Of a stretch of DNA of 64,000 nucleotides, positions 11,412 through 21,490 are shown piece after piece. The position numbers and the translations under genes were made by a program. Position 1 is the first letter of the stretch. Every line of letters begins with the position of its first letter. The notes beneath the pieces are model-generated. The model was given only the letters and a program-made list of their open reading frames with translations. It ran no database searches and was not told the DNA's origin. Source of the stretch: a bacterium (GTDB lineage Bacteria; Patescibacteriota; Patescibacteriia; UBA10025); contig JAKAGM010000002.1 of the NCBI GenBank assembly GCA_021815445.1, positions 159,511 through 223,510 of the forward strand, in the 5' to 3' direction.

Positions 11412-12437
11412 ATGCCTACTCCAACCAAATCAACAAGCGGCGGCAGAATCAGGGCCGCTAATGAAGCCGTAGACCAGATTAAAGAACGCTTCGGCGAGGG
11501 TGCCATCATGCGCCTCGGCGATGCGAAAAAGCTTGACGTCGAGGTCGTATCCACCGGCTGTCTGTCGCTTGATCTCGCGCTTGGCGTACTCGGCGTCCCC
11601 CGAGGACGCGTTATAGAAATCTACGGGCCTGAAGCATCGGGAAAAACCACACTTGCCCTCCATGTCGTCGCAAACGTCCAGAAAGGCGGAGGAGTCGCGG
11701 CGTATGTCGATGCCGAGCACGCGCTCGATCCCGACTATGCAAAGAAAATCGGCGTCAACGTGGACGACCTGCTCATTTCACAGCCGGACACCGGCGAGCA
11801 AGCTCTGGAGATAGTTGAGACGCTCGTCCGATCCAACGGCGTTGATCTCGTGGTTATCGACTCAGTGGCGGCGCTGACGCCGAAGGCCGAGATTGAAGGC
11901 GAGATGGGTGAACACCACATGGCGCTCCAGGCCCGTCTCATGAGCCAGGCGCTGAGGAAACTCACTGCCATTGTCAGCAAGACCAAGACGATGATCATTT
12001 TCATCAACCAGACCCGCATGAAAGTCGGCGTGTTTTTCGGCAATCCCGAGACTACAACGGGCGGCATGGCCCTAAAATTCTATTCTTCAGTCCGCATCGA
12101 GGTCCGCCGTTCGGCAAACATCAAGGTTGGCGAAGAAGTGATCGGGAACCGGGTGAAAGCCAAAATAGTCAAAAACAAGGTTGCGCCACCCTTCAAAACC
12201 TGCGAATTTGACATCATGTATAACCAAGGTATTTCCACGGCGGGTGATATCCTCGACCTTGGAGTGACAAAAAATGTACTGACGAAGTCGGGCAACTCCT
12301 TCAGCTACGGCGAACGGAAGATCGGTATCGGCCACGAAACTGCGCGAAGAGCGATCCATGATGACAAGAAACTCCAGGAAGAACTCCGCAAAAAGATTAT
12401 CGAGGTGATAAAGGTGGAAAATAAAGAGAAAGAGTAG
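11412..12437 (+). CDS. recA: Recombinase A
   Basis: Walker [20 protein letters not shown], and RecA loop motifs ([22 protein letters not shown]). Confidence 0.95.
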   Translation: MPTPTKSTSGGRIRAANEAVDQIKERFGEGAIMRLGDAKKLDVEVVSTGCLSLDLALGVLGVPRGRVIEIYGPEASGKTTLALHVVANVQKGGGVAAYVDAEHALDPDYAKKIGVNVDDLLISQPDTGEQALEIVETLVRSNGVDLVVIDSVAALTPKAEIEGEMGEHHMALQARLMSQALRKLTAIVSKTKTMIIFINQTRMKVGVFFGNPETTTGGMALKFYSSVRIEVRRSANIKVGEEVIGNRVKAKIVKNKVAPPFKTCEFDIMYNQGISTAGDILDLGVTKNVLTKSGNSFSYGERKIGIGHETARRAIHDDKKLQEELRKKIIEVIKVENKEKE

Positions 12438-12442
12438 CTTTT

Positions 12443-12475
12443 CTCTCGGGGGCTTTATCGCCCGGTACTTTTTTG
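12443..12475 (+). terminator. Weak hairpin plus T-run downstream of recA
   Basis: Sequence ctcgggggctttatcgcccggtacttttttg. The stem is imperfect. Confidence 0.3.
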
Positions 12476-12574
12476 CTGCCGGAAGCGCTTTATTTGCTTT
12501 CCTGGCGTGTTTGTATTAAGATAACGTTCAATAAAAACTGGTCATTGACTCAACCGAATAAGGAGGAATACACA

Positions 12575-13636
12575 GTGCCTCGTATATGGATAGCTGTTGA
12601 CGCCGTGGGCGGGGATGACTTTCCATCCGTACCGATTGCTGGTGCGATACTCGCTCTCAAGGAATTGCGACATGATTTGGGTGTAACCCTTGTCGGGCCG
12701 ACCGATGTGATAGAAGCTGAGCTTAGGCGACATCACTATGACCCTAAACGAATCCGCGTATGTCCGGCTTCCCAGGTGATTGCCATGAATGAAAAACCTT
12801 CGGTTGCTGTAGACGTTATCGATTCCTCGATTTCTACCGGATTGGCTCTCCAGCGACAAGGATTGTCGGACGGCTTTGTGAGCGCGGGCAATACTGGGGC
12901 GATCATGGCGCTTGCATTGCTCAAACTCGGCCGTATTCATGGGATCAAACGTCCTGCGCTTGCGGTACCGTTTCCCACCGCAAAACAACCCTGTGTAGTG
13001 TTGGATGTCGGGGCGACCATGGATGCTACATCGGAACAACTCGGCCAGTTCTCGCTTATGGGTCCCGTATATTCCGAACTTATCCACGGCATCAAGGATC
13101 CAAGCGTCGGGCTGATGAGTGTCGGTGAAGAAGACGGCAAGGGGAACAAGGTGACTCAGGCGGCATATAAACTCCTGCAAACGCTTGGTAGCAAGGGCGC
13201 AATCAGGTTCACGGGAAACGTTCAGGGTAAGGATATCCTTACCGGCAACACGAACGTCATAGTTATCGACGGATTCGCCGGGAATGTAGTCCTCAAGCTC
13301 ACCGAGAGTTTTCTACCCGCTTTCAAGGATCTCCTGAAAAAGATCATTCAGAACGGCGGGAAGTGGCAAAAGTTTTGGGCATGGGTCGCAACCCGCATCC
13401 TCCTAACGCCGACCATTAAGTCGGTTAAGCTCGCCCTCGAAGCTGAGGAATACGGAGGAGCCCCGCTTTTAGGTGTCAGAGGCGTTGTCATTGTCGCTCA
13501 TGGCAATTCGACACCAAAGGCGATCGTCAGCGCTGTGAACCACGCCTGCTGTCTGCTGCAGTACGACATCAGCGGTGTTATCGAAAAACGCCACAAGCAG
13601 TTTGCTGCTTGTTTCGAACCTGCGCCCGGTGAATGA
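12575..13636 (+). CDS. plsX: Phosphate acyltransferase PlsX
   Basis: PRIWIAVDAVGGD N-terminus typical of PlsX. GTG at 12575 follows AGGAGG at 12561-12566. The ORF-track start at 12473 is probably an upstream extension. Confidence 0.85.
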   Translation: MPRIWIAVDAVGGDDFPSVPIAGAILALKELRHDLGVTLVGPTDVIEAELRRHHYDPKRIRVCPASQVIAMNEKPSVAVDVIDSSISTGLALQRQGLSDGFVSAGNTGAIMALALLKLGRIHGIKRPALAVPFPTAKQPCVVLDVGATMDATSEQLGQFSLMGPVYSELIHGIKDPSVGLMSVGEEDGKGNKVTQAAYKLLQTLGSKGAIRFTGNVQGKDILTGNTNVIVIDGFAGNVVLKLTESFLPAFKDLLKKIIQNGGKWQKFWAWVATRILLTPTIKSVKLALEAEEYGGAPLLGVRGVVIVAHGNSTPKAIVSAVNHACCLLQYDISGVIEKRHKQFAACFEPAPGE

Positions 13637-13658
13637 AAACACCTGGCGCTTTTCTTTT

Positions 13659-14450
13659 TTATTCTATTTTAATCTGTTCTATCTTCACCGGCTGTCCGAG
13701 CCAGTGAGTAGCGATATTCCGTACTTTATCAGTCACGTCGCTAAAATAAAAAATATGTTTTCCGTTTTTCGCGAGCGCGCTATCAATGTCCTGATGCGTG
13801 GCAAGGAAACGCTGGACTGTTTTTACCGTTTCTTCGGCAGGGTCAACGACCCGAACTCTCCTCCCGACTTTTGCCTGAATGAGTGTTCTGAGGAGCGGGT
13901 AGTGAGTACAGCCGAGGATTAAAGCGTCGATACTCTTGGCTTTAAGGCCGGAGAGATATCCCCTGACGATCATTTTCGTCTCAGGTTTCCTGAGCCAATT
14001 CTCCTCGACAAGCGGGACGAGCAAGGGGCAGGCCTGCTGGAAAACTTGGTAGCCGTTATTCTTTTCGCGCAGGAGCCGCTCGTAGATACCGCTTCCAATA
14101 GTTGCCGTGGTGCCAATGACACCTATTCTTCTTACTTTGGTGATACTCACGGCCTTTGCCACAGCCGGGGTGATGACGTTAAAAATAGGCACATCGGGGA
14201 ATTCTCTTTTGAGCGCATCCAGGGCGACGGCTGAAGCCGTGTTGCATCCCGCGATAATCAGCTTTGCGCCTTTCTCTAGCAAGAGTCTGACATCCTGGAT
14301 TGCGTAGCGGGTAACGAGCTCAGCGCTTTTATTCCCATAAGGCGTGCGTGCCGTGTCGCCAAAATACACCAGCTGGTACTGGGGAAGTTGTTTCATCACT
14401 TCCTTGACGACGGTGAGACCGCCGACGCCTGAGTCGAAGATTCCGATCAT
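13659..14450 (-). CDS. murI: Glutamate racemase
   Basis: MIGIFDSGVGGLTV N-terminus and the CNTASA / GCTHYPLL catalytic cysteine motifs. Confidence 0.85.
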   Translation of the reverse strand: MIGIFDSGVGGLTVVKEVMKQLPQYQLVYFGDTARTPYGNKSAELVTRYAIQDVRLLLEKGAKLIIAGCNTASAVALDALKREFPDVPIFNVITPAVAKAVSITKVRRIGVIGTTATIGSGIYERLLREKNNGYQVFQQACPLLVPLVEENWLRKPETKMIVRGYLSGLKAKSIDALILGCTHYPLLRTLIQAKVGRRVRVVDPAEETVKTVQRFLATHQDIDSALAKNGKHIFYFSDVTDKVRNIATHWLGQPVKIEQIKIE

Positions 14451-15970
14451 ATAATAAGTGAATTTCCCGTCATTTCTTTTGGCTTAGATATTCCGAGGAG
14501 TTGTAAGGCCGTAGGGGCGACATCCTGGAGACTGCCCGCCTCGCGCAGGGTCGCTGAAGCGTTCTGTTCATCCACATAGATGAAGGGTACATGAGAATCC
14601 GTGTGGGCGGTATGCGGCTGGTTGAGCTTGTGATCCCAGTTGATTTCCGCATCCCCATGGTCCGCCGTTACCAGCATCATACCATTTACATTGAGAAGCT
14701 CGCTATAGATAAGCCCGAGGGCCGTATCGACGGTGTGCACGCCCCGCATAATCGCTTCCTTATTGCCCGTATGTCCCAGGATGTCCGGGTTTGCGAAATT
14801 GACGATATAAATATCGTATGACTTTTCGTGCAAGCGGTTCGCCACTTCTTTGGCTATCTCCAGCGCTTTCATGTCGGGCTTGAGGTCATAGGTAGGAATC
14901 CTGTCGGAAGGGATCAGCGTCCGTTTCTCGCCGGGAAAGGGCTCTTCGCGGAGGCCGCTGAAAATCTTCGTGACATACGCCCACTTTTCGGTTTCCGCAC
15001 AGCGCAGCTGCGTAAGATGCTCACGACTCGCGATCTCTCCAAAAGTATTGCGAGGAACATCCCTCTTGAATGCCACCGGGCAGGGGATGCCGGTGTAGTA
15101 ATCAGTCAGAGCTACATACCGAATAACAGGACGCTTATTTTTTGGAAAGTGTTTAAAATCGGATTCCACCAATGCCTGTGTGATTTCGATTTCCCTGTCT
15201 ACGCGATAATTAAAGTTCCAAACAACATCGTGGTCTCTGAAAATGCCCTCGGGGAGTATCAAGGTGGGTTTGATAAATTCATCCGTCTCACCGCGTTGGT
15301 ACGCATCATCAATTGCCCGGTCGATTGTCGTTGCGCTGAAGTCGGCTTTGCCTAAAGTCAGCAGATTATAGGCTTTTTCCACCCGCTCCCATCGATGATC
15401 GCGATCCATGGCCCAATATCGTCCCATGATACTGGCGATTTTGCCGATACTCACGGACTGCAAGCGCTGGACGTAGTGTTTGACCATTTGCGGAGAGGTA
15501 TCCCGCCCGTCGGAGAAAACATGGATAAAGATCTTTTCATCCGGGACTCCATACTTTTTTGCCATACGCAGGAGCGCATGGCACGTTTCATCGTATGAAT
15601 GGACTCCTTTGTCGGAAAGCAGTCCCATGAGATGGAGTCGGCCGCCGTGGTTCTTGATATATAGCAGGGAGTCAAGATATGCCCGGTTCTCGGTGATGGA
15701 CCCGTCCTGCGTTGCCAGCTTAATCTGATTTTGCGGTAAAAGAACATTCCGTCCGGCGCCGATGATCAGATGGCCGATTTCTGAGGAGCCCTGATGGCCG
15801 GGGGTAAGTCCGACAAATTCGCCCGCAGCGCCGATGATAGCGTTCGGGTATGTTTTTAGGAGATGGTCGATGTTGGGCGTCTCGGCGAGAAATATCGCAT
15901 TATGCTCGTTTTCCGCACCGACACCCCAGCCATCCATAATAACCAGGACTAAAGGACGCGGTGTATTCAT
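14447..15970 (-). CDS. gpmI: 2,3-bisphosphoglycerate-independent phosphoglycerate mutase
   Basis: N-terminus MNTPRPLVLVIMDGWGV typical of iPGM; ATG at 15970 confirmed in sequence. The ORF-track 43-aa upstream extension would overlap the next gene. Confidence 0.9.
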   Translation of the reverse strand: MNTPRPLVLVIMDGWGVGAENEHNAIFLAETPNIDHLLKTYPNAIIGAAGEFVGLTPGHQGSSEIGHLIIGAGRNVLLPQNQIKLATQDGSITENRAYLDSLLYIKNHGGRLHLMGLLSDKGVHSYDETCHALLRMAKKYGVPDEKIFIHVFSDGRDTSPQMVKHYVQRLQSVSIGKIASIMGRYWAMDRDHRWERVEKAYNLLTLGKADFSATTIDRAIDDAYQRGETDEFIKPTLILPEGIFRDHDVVWNFNYRVDREIEITQALVESDFKHFPKNKRPVIRYVALTDYYTGIPCPVAFKRDVPRNTFGEIASREHLTQLRCAETEKWAYVTKIFSGLREEPFPGEKRTLIPSDRIPTYDLKPDMKALEIAKEVANRLHEKSYDIYIVNFANPDILGHTGNKEAIMRGVHTVDTALGLIYSELLNVNGMMLVTADHGDAEINWDHKLNQPHTAHTDSHVPFIYVDEQNASATLREAGSLQDVAPTALQLLGISKPKEMTGNSLII

Positions 15971-15983
15971 AGGAAGATAGTAG

Positions 15984-16649
15984 CTAGCCGCTAAAGGAGA
16001 GCTGCTCGATTCGTCTCGATAATTCCCGCAACGAGGATATCGTGCTGTCTGCCAATCGCCGCTGCGCAGGAAGGGTATATGACGTTTTGAGGAGGACACA
16101 CACCATGCCTGCTCGTTTCGCCGCTTTCACTCCGGCGAGCGAGTCTTCAACGACTACACATTCAGAAGGTTTTACGCCGAGCTTTTTTGCCGTTCGAAGG
16201 TAAATATCAGGATGAGGTTTCGCTATGCGGACTTCATCGCCTGCGACTATGCGGGTAAAGAAACGTTTTATCTTAATCCTTGCCAATTCGACCTCTACAA
16301 CTGATCTGGGCGACGAGGATGCTAATGCGACGGGGTATATCTTTGCGAGCGCTTTGACCGACTCAACAGCGTAGGGCGTTGGTCGCAGGTATCTGCGAAA
16401 TAAGTTCAAAACTATCTTCATGCGCTCGCGGTGTATCCCTGCCACAGAGTCTTTGATTTTAAAAAATCGCTTAATAAAACGCGTAACCTGCCGAATGTCA
16501 CGTCCTTTCATGTACCGTGTTGAGAGATCAGCGAAATTTTTCGGTACGGTAATACCCTTTTTTTCAAAGTAGATATCCATCATACGAATCCACAACGGTT
16601 CCGAGTCGGCCAGCACTCCGTCAAGATCGAAGATAACCGCCCGTATCAT
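15984..16649 (-). CDS. HAD-superfamily hydrolase, subfamily IA (beta-phosphoglucomutase-like)
   Basis: Motif I FDLDGVLADSE, plus downstream HAD motifs (GVKPSECVVVEDSLAGVKAAKRAGM). Confidence 0.7.
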   Translation of the reverse strand: MIRAVIFDLDGVLADSEPLWIRMMDIYFEKKGITVPKNFADLSTRYMKGRDIRQVTRFIKRFFKIKDSVAGIHRERMKIVLNLFRRYLRPTPYAVESVKALAKIYPVALASSSPRSVVEVELARIKIKRFFTRIVAGDEVRIAKPHPDIYLRTAKKLGVKPSECVVVEDSLAGVKAAKRAGMVCVLLKTSYTLPAQRRLADSTISSLRELSRRIEQLSFSG

Positions 16650-17983
16650 GCGTTTTGTTTGATGAAATCGAGGAGTTCTTTTTGTTTTGCCGTGAGAATC
16701 TCGGGGGTATTACCCTCTACGGTGATACGAAGCAGGGGCTCGGTGTTTGACGGGCGAACGTTGAACCACCAGTCGGCATATTCGACAGTGATGCCGTCCA
16801 GTCCGTCCTGCTTTCCGTCAGCGTATCGTTTTTTTACTTTTTCTATTATTTTTTTAGAATCTTCAACTTCGATATTTACCTCGTCGGCCTTCGCATACGG
16901 GTTCATCCCATCGATGATTTTGGATAGCGGCCTATTTTCTTCCGAAATAAGTGAAAGAAGGATCAAAAACGCGATAAAACCGGAATCAGCGTAATAATTA
17001 TCCCGAAATGCGTAATGGGCTGACAGCTCTCCGCTCATTACCCCGTCGTGCTGCTGCATCGCTTTCGCGAGGTTTACGAAGCCGACAGCTGTGCGCAAGG
17101 GTTTCCCGCCCCATTCCCTGATTCTTTGCGGTACTGCCCGGCTGCAAATGACATTGTAAGCGACACCGGCTCCCGGGTGCTTTTGCAGAAAATATTTCGC
17201 GAGTATCAAAAGCGTCGTATCCGCGCGGACAAAGTCGCCTTTTTCGGTGACAAAGAACAGCCGGTCGGTGTCGCCGTCAATGATGACGCCGAAGTCGGCT
17301 TTCCGCTTAACCACTTCAGCTTTAATCTGCACTTGGGATTCGGGCAGGAGGGGATTCGACGGGTGTTCGGGAAAATTGCCGTCGAGTTCGAAGTTTAGCG
17401 GGATAAGTTTGCACGGCAGACGCTTAAAAAGCAGAGGCATAACTTTCCCTGCCATGCCGTTTCCCGCATCGACGACGATAGTAAACGGCTTTATCGTGTT
17501 TACATTGATGAAAGATAAAACATGCTCGATATATTCGGGCATAATATCCCGTTCTCGCACAGTCCCGCGTTGCGCGGCGGCAGAAAATGTTTTATCTTTC
17601 AGAAATTCGTACAATTCCACGCCCCTGACCCACTCGATTCCTTTGGGAACTTTATAGACCATTTTCATTCCGTTGTATTCTTTCGGGTTGTGGGACGCTG
17701 TGACCATGATGCCGGCATTGTAATCGAATTTCCCCACGCTAAAATACACGGCGTCGATTGGCACCATGCCTATGGATTCCACATTTACGCCCTGGCTCGT
17801 CAGGCCCCCCGTGAGTTTTTCCGCGAGTTCCGAGGATCCGATGCGCATGTCGCGGCCGACGACAACTTTTTTTGCCTTCGTCATTTGGGCGAACGCCTGG
17901 CCCACGAGATATGCTATCTCGCCATCCAAGTCTTTTGGATAGATGCCCCTGATATCGTATGACTTGAAAATGCTCCTTTTCAC
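16646..17983 (-). CDS. Phosphomannomutase/phosphoglucomutase (alpha-D-phosphohexomutase family)
   Basis: Active-site TASHNPKEYNGMK, the metal-binding DGDTDR motif and the sugar-binding GELSAHY motif. Its start overlaps the HAD gene by 4 nt. Confidence 0.85.
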   Translation of the reverse strand: MKRSIFKSYDIRGIYPKDLDGEIAYLVGQAFAQMTKAKKVVVGRDMRIGSSELAEKLTGGLTSQGVNVESIGMVPIDAVYFSVGKFDYNAGIMVTASHNPKEYNGMKMVYKVPKGIEWVRGVELYEFLKDKTFSAAAQRGTVRERDIMPEYIEHVLSFINVNTIKPFTIVVDAGNGMAGKVMPLLFKRLPCKLIPLNFELDGNFPEHPSNPLLPESQVQIKAEVVKRKADFGVIIDGDTDRLFFVTEKGDFVRADTTLLILAKYFLQKHPGAGVAYNVICSRAVPQRIREWGGKPLRTAVGFVNLAKAMQQHDGVMSGELSAHYAFRDNYYADSGFIAFLILLSLISEENRPLSKIIDGMNPYAKADEVNIEVEDSKKIIEKVKKRYADGKQDGLDGITVEYADWWFNVRPSNTEPLLRITVEGNTPEILTAKQKELLDFIKQNA

Positions 17984-19137
17984 GGGTGTGGCTGGTGAGA
18001 TGAAGATCTGACCGTTTCAACCACTGCACCGATAGCCCACAGTGCGGCCACAAATCCTAACATCCATCCCACCGTTGGAATGTTCACTATGCAGTAGACT
18101 ATGGTTGTCCCAAGCATCATAGGCCAAAATAGGGCGCGCGCCTGTTTGGCATCTTTTTGCGGCTTCATCCTGTTCAGGAGGTATTCTCCAAGGTATGTTC
18201 CGACGATAATTTTAGAAAGATATACGAGCATGGCATATAGTGATAGTGCTATAGCGGCAAAAGGTATGCCAATGAGGGTAAAAAGCAGTATCAGGGCTCC
18301 GAGGGGGGTGAGCAGTGTCACGAGGATGCCCGTTAAAAATGTCTTTCCAGACTTTGTGTGTGCCGTATCAAGTACGCGGCGTAGCAGGCGCTGCCCGAGC
18401 GAGACGACGATAACGCCCACAAAAAGCAGGGCAAAAAGCCCTATCAGCTTGGCGAAAACCCATGAAGCGCTCAGCGTCCCCCCGGCCGATGTAACCGACT
18501 GCGATGGGACGTTGTGGACAGTTTTTCCTGAAAGCGCCGCGCCGGTTTGAATTGTCGCTGACTGTACTCCCGTATACTGGAGATCGCCGCCAACTTTTGC
18601 CGTCGGAAGGAAGGTAAGCGTGCCTGCGTCGTTCAACGTTCCCGTGAACTTCTTTTCAACATTTCCACCCACGGCAATCGTGCCGCCGTAAACCGCGGCA
18701 TTGCCTTTCACAGTGCCCTGAAGTGTGGCAGTCTGCGCGCCTGAGACGAGATTCCATCCGACAGACGCTGTATTGCCGAGCGTGATGTCCCGTCCGAAAG
18801 CGTACACATTCCTTGCTGTTGCGCCCGTGATATCTACTGTCATGCCGAATGCGCGAATATTACCGCCTACCGTTCCTGAGACTTTTATCGTACTGCCAAC
18901 AACAATGACGTCACCGGCAACGTCTCCATTCACTGTCACGATATTTCCAACCGCTAACAGGTCTCCGTTAATTTTCCCGTCAACGGTAATTGTGTTTCCG
19001 ACCCGCATCACATTGTCATCGATGACCTCATCTTTGCCTATATAGACGACGTCTTGTGACGTCGCGGCAATGACAGTCGCGGGGATGGCGGCTGCTATTA
19101 CTATGAATAGAACAAAAAAGATGAATGTATGTTTCAT
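17980..19137 (-). CDS. Bactofilin-like (polymer-forming) beta-helix repeat protein with N-terminal signal peptide and C-terminal polytopic membrane domain
   Basis: Signal-like MKHTFIFFVLFIVIAAAIPATVIAA. Repeated GxxVxVxG units (VGNTITVDGKINGDLLAVGNIVTVNGDVAGDVIVVGSTIKVSGTVGGN), then about 4 predicted TM helices. ATG confirmed at 19137. Confidence 0.5.
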   Translation of the reverse strand: MKHTFIFFVLFIVIAAAIPATVIAATSQDVVYIGKDEVIDDNVMRVGNTITVDGKINGDLLAVGNIVTVNGDVAGDVIVVGSTIKVSGTVGGNIRAFGMTVDITGATARNVYAFGRDITLGNTASVGWNLVSGAQTATLQGTVKGNAAVYGGTIAVGGNVEKKFTGTLNDAGTLTFLPTAKVGGDLQYTGVQSATIQTGAALSGKTVHNVPSQSVTSAGGTLSASWVFAKLIGLFALLFVGVIVVSLGQRLLRRVLDTAHTKSGKTFLTGILVTLLTPLGALILLFTLIGIPFAAIALSLYAMLVYLSKIIVGTYLGEYLLNRMKPQKDAKQARALFWPMMLGTTIVYCIVNIPTVGWMLGFVAALWAIGAVVETVRSSSHQPHP

Positions 19138-19179
19138 AGGGTTATTTCCACCCCATTCTATCACGGGTAGTCCCGCTTT

Positions 19180-19923
19180 TCAACTCAGCTTGCGGGCGAC
19201 TGTCACGATATTTCTCTTGGTCATCTGACGGTCCCATGTCGGAGCATTTTCACTGATAAACTGTTTCTCAATCCTGAAACCGGCTTGGGTCAGCAGTAAG
19301 CTGAGTTCTTCGATGTCGAACGAATGATAATACCTATACACCGTCTTCCCGAGCAGGCGCCATCTCCACGAGATCATGAAATCTTTTTCTTCCAACCCTT
19401 CGAAAAGCTCAGGGTGCTCTTCGCGAAGCTTGTCGCGCCTTTTCACATACCGCGGCTGTTCGCTGAGATTCCAGTTTGTCATGCAGAGCTGGCCTTCGGG
19501 ATCCAAGACTCTCTTTATCTCGCGCAAAGTCGCGAGCTGGTATTCACTCGAGGGGATATGGTGAAGCGTCGCGATGCACATTATCACATTGAATGCGCCG
19601 TCTTCAAAAGGGAGTTTCATAATGTTTCCTTGTACAAACTGTGAAGTGATACGTGGAAAGTTTTTCGCATACTGTTGTGCCTTTGCCAAAAGTTTGCCAC
19701 TATTATCCATACCGGTGTACGAAATCTTCAGATTTTCGAACAATTTCAGCAATCTGCCGTTCCCGCACCCCATGTCAAGGACCCGATAATTATCGTGAAC
19801 CAAGGCGCCGAAGGCCTGCTGTTCTTCCCAGAGATCAGTCCTGCTGTCGGCAAAAGCTCCGGCCAGCTCGTCGTAGCCTTCGCGCGTTTTTTCCAAAATG
19901 TTATCAGCGTGAATTTTATTCAT
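19180..19923 (-). CDS. Class I SAM-dependent methyltransferase
   Basis: Motif I VLDMGCGNGRL. ATG at 19923 is confirmed and overlaps the divergent elp3 start. Confidence 0.7.
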   Translation of the reverse strand: MNKIHADNILEKTREGYDELAGAFADSRTDLWEEQQAFGALVHDNYRVLDMGCGNGRLLKLFENLKISYTGMDNSGKLLAKAQQYAKNFPRITSQFVQGNIMKLPFEDGAFNVIMCIATLHHIPSSEYQLATLREIKRVLDPEGQLCMTNWNLSEQPRYVKRRDKLREEHPELFEGLEEKDFMISWRWRLLGKTVYRYYHSFDIEELSLLLTQAGFRIEKQFISENAPTWDRQMTKRNIVTVARKLS

Positions 19924-21457
19924 GGTTAAAAAAAAGGCAGAACAATTAATTCGCGATCTCCACAACGCCCGCCCGCAGACGCCCGATGATCTGCACCAGC
20001 TCAAGCGCGAGCTCGCAAAACGGTATGGGACAGAGCTTCTCTCCCATACTAACCTTTTAGGCCGTTACAGGCAATTCCTCAAGGATGAGCGCGAGCCGGC
20101 CAACGATCACACACTGAAACTGCTCAGGCGCAGGTCGGTGCGGACGCTCTCAGGAGTCGCTCCCATTACCGTGCTCACCAAGCCGTACCCGTGTCCGGGA
20201 CGGTGCGTCTACTGTCCCACTGAGCGCAACATGCCCAAGAGTTATATCGCCTCCGAGCCCGCCGCCGCACGGGCGCTCGCCAACCAGTTCGATCCGTATA
20301 AGCAGGTGAAGGGCCGCATTAAACAGCTTGAGAACAACGGGCATGTCGCCGACAAAATCGAGCTTATTGTTCTCGGAGGCACGTGGTCATTCTATGAGAA
20401 GGACTATCGTGAGTGGTTTATCAAACGCTGTTTTGACGCGGCAAACGGGATGGAGAACGCGACACTCGGCGAGGCGCAGAAAATGAATGAGACTGCCGAG
20501 CATAGGATTATCGGTCTCACGCTTGAGACGCGGCCTGACTACGTGACCGAAGAAGAGCTGTGGCATATGCGTTTACTCGGGTGCACGCACGTCCAAATCG
20601 GCATACAGTCCTTGGACCAGGCCATCCTTGACCTTATAAAGCGCGATGACACTGTAGAGAGCATGGCGCATGCTACTGCACTATTGAAACAGTTCGGGTT
20701 CAAATTCACGTACCACATCATGCCCGGCTTGCCAGGAGCCACGCCCGAAAAAGACATCCAAACAGTTGAAATGCTTTTTAACGACGAGCGGTTCCAGCCC
20801 GACATGCTCAAAATCTACCCGACAGTCGTCGTTAAGAGTTCGCTCATGTATCAATGGTGGAAAGCCGGGAAATACAAACCGTATGATGACCAGACATTGC
20901 AGGATTTATTGATAGAAATAAAACGCAGGATACCCCCGTATGTCCGTATCAACCGTCTTATTCGCGATATCCCGGGCAACGACATCATTGATGGAAACTT
21001 AGTCACCAATCTCCGCCAGAAGTTGCAGGAACGCGGGGTCGCCTGCCAGTGCATCCGCTGTCGCGAAGCCAAGGGTAAAAAAGTACGCATGGAAGATACC
21101 GAACTTGTCATCCGTACCTATCCCTCTTCGGGCGGTACGGAGCAGTTCATCAGCTTCGAGAGTCCTGACCGCAAAACTATCTATGCGTTCGTTCGTTTGT
21201 TCCTGCCCGGTCATTCACAGCAAGCGTTCGTTCGCGAGCTCCACACGTACGGTGAAATGATTCCAGTCGGTTCCGCAAAAAAAGCCGTCCAGCACGTCGG
21301 GTTCGGCAAACGGTTGATGGCCGAGGCGGAGAAGGTGTCAGCAGAAAAAGGATTCAACAAACTGGCAGTGATTGCAGGCATCGGCGTTCGGGAGTATTAC
21401 CGGAAGATGGGATATAAAGATGAAAATACGTACGTGGTGAAGAGATTGGCGAAGTAA
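19922..21457 (+). CDS. elp3: Elp3-family radical SAM / GNAT acetyltransferase (bacterial Elp3 homologue)
   Basis: Radical SAM cluster motif CPGRCVYCP and a C-terminal GNAT fold (GFGKRLMAEAEKVSAEKGFNKLAVIAGIGVREYYRKMGY). Confidence 0.85.
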   Translation: MVKKKAEQLIRDLHNARPQTPDDLHQLKRELAKRYGTELLSHTNLLGRYRQFLKDEREPANDHTLKLLRRRSVRTLSGVAPITVLTKPYPCPGRCVYCPTERNMPKSYIASEPAAARALANQFDPYKQVKGRIKQLENNGHVADKIELIVLGGTWSFYEKDYREWFIKRCFDAANGMENATLGEAQKMNETAEHRIIGLTLETRPDYVTEEELWHMRLLGCTHVQIGIQSLDQAILDLIKRDDTVESMAHATALLKQFGFKFTYHIMPGLPGATPEKDIQTVEMLFNDERFQPDMLKIYPTVVVKSSLMYQWWKAGKYKPYDDQTLQDLLIEIKRRIPPYVRINRLIRDIPGNDIIDGNLVTNLRQKLQERGVACQCIRCREAKGKKVRMEDTELVIRTYPSSGGTEQFISFESPDRKTIYAFVRLFLPGHSQQAFVRELHTYGEMIPVGSAKKAVQHVGFGKRLMAEAEKVSAEKGFNKLAVIAGIGVREYYRKMGYKDENTYVVKRLAK

Positions 21458-21464
21458 TACGAGC

Positions 21465-21490
21465 CAGCGCAGGCAGAGACGCCTGCGCTG
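21465..21490 (+). terminator. GC-rich hairpin cagcgcaggc-agagac-gcctgcgctg directly after elp3 (no T-run)
   Basis: Perfect 10-bp inverted repeat. The same GCGCAGGC/GCCTGCGC stem recurs after groEL. Confidence 0.4.
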
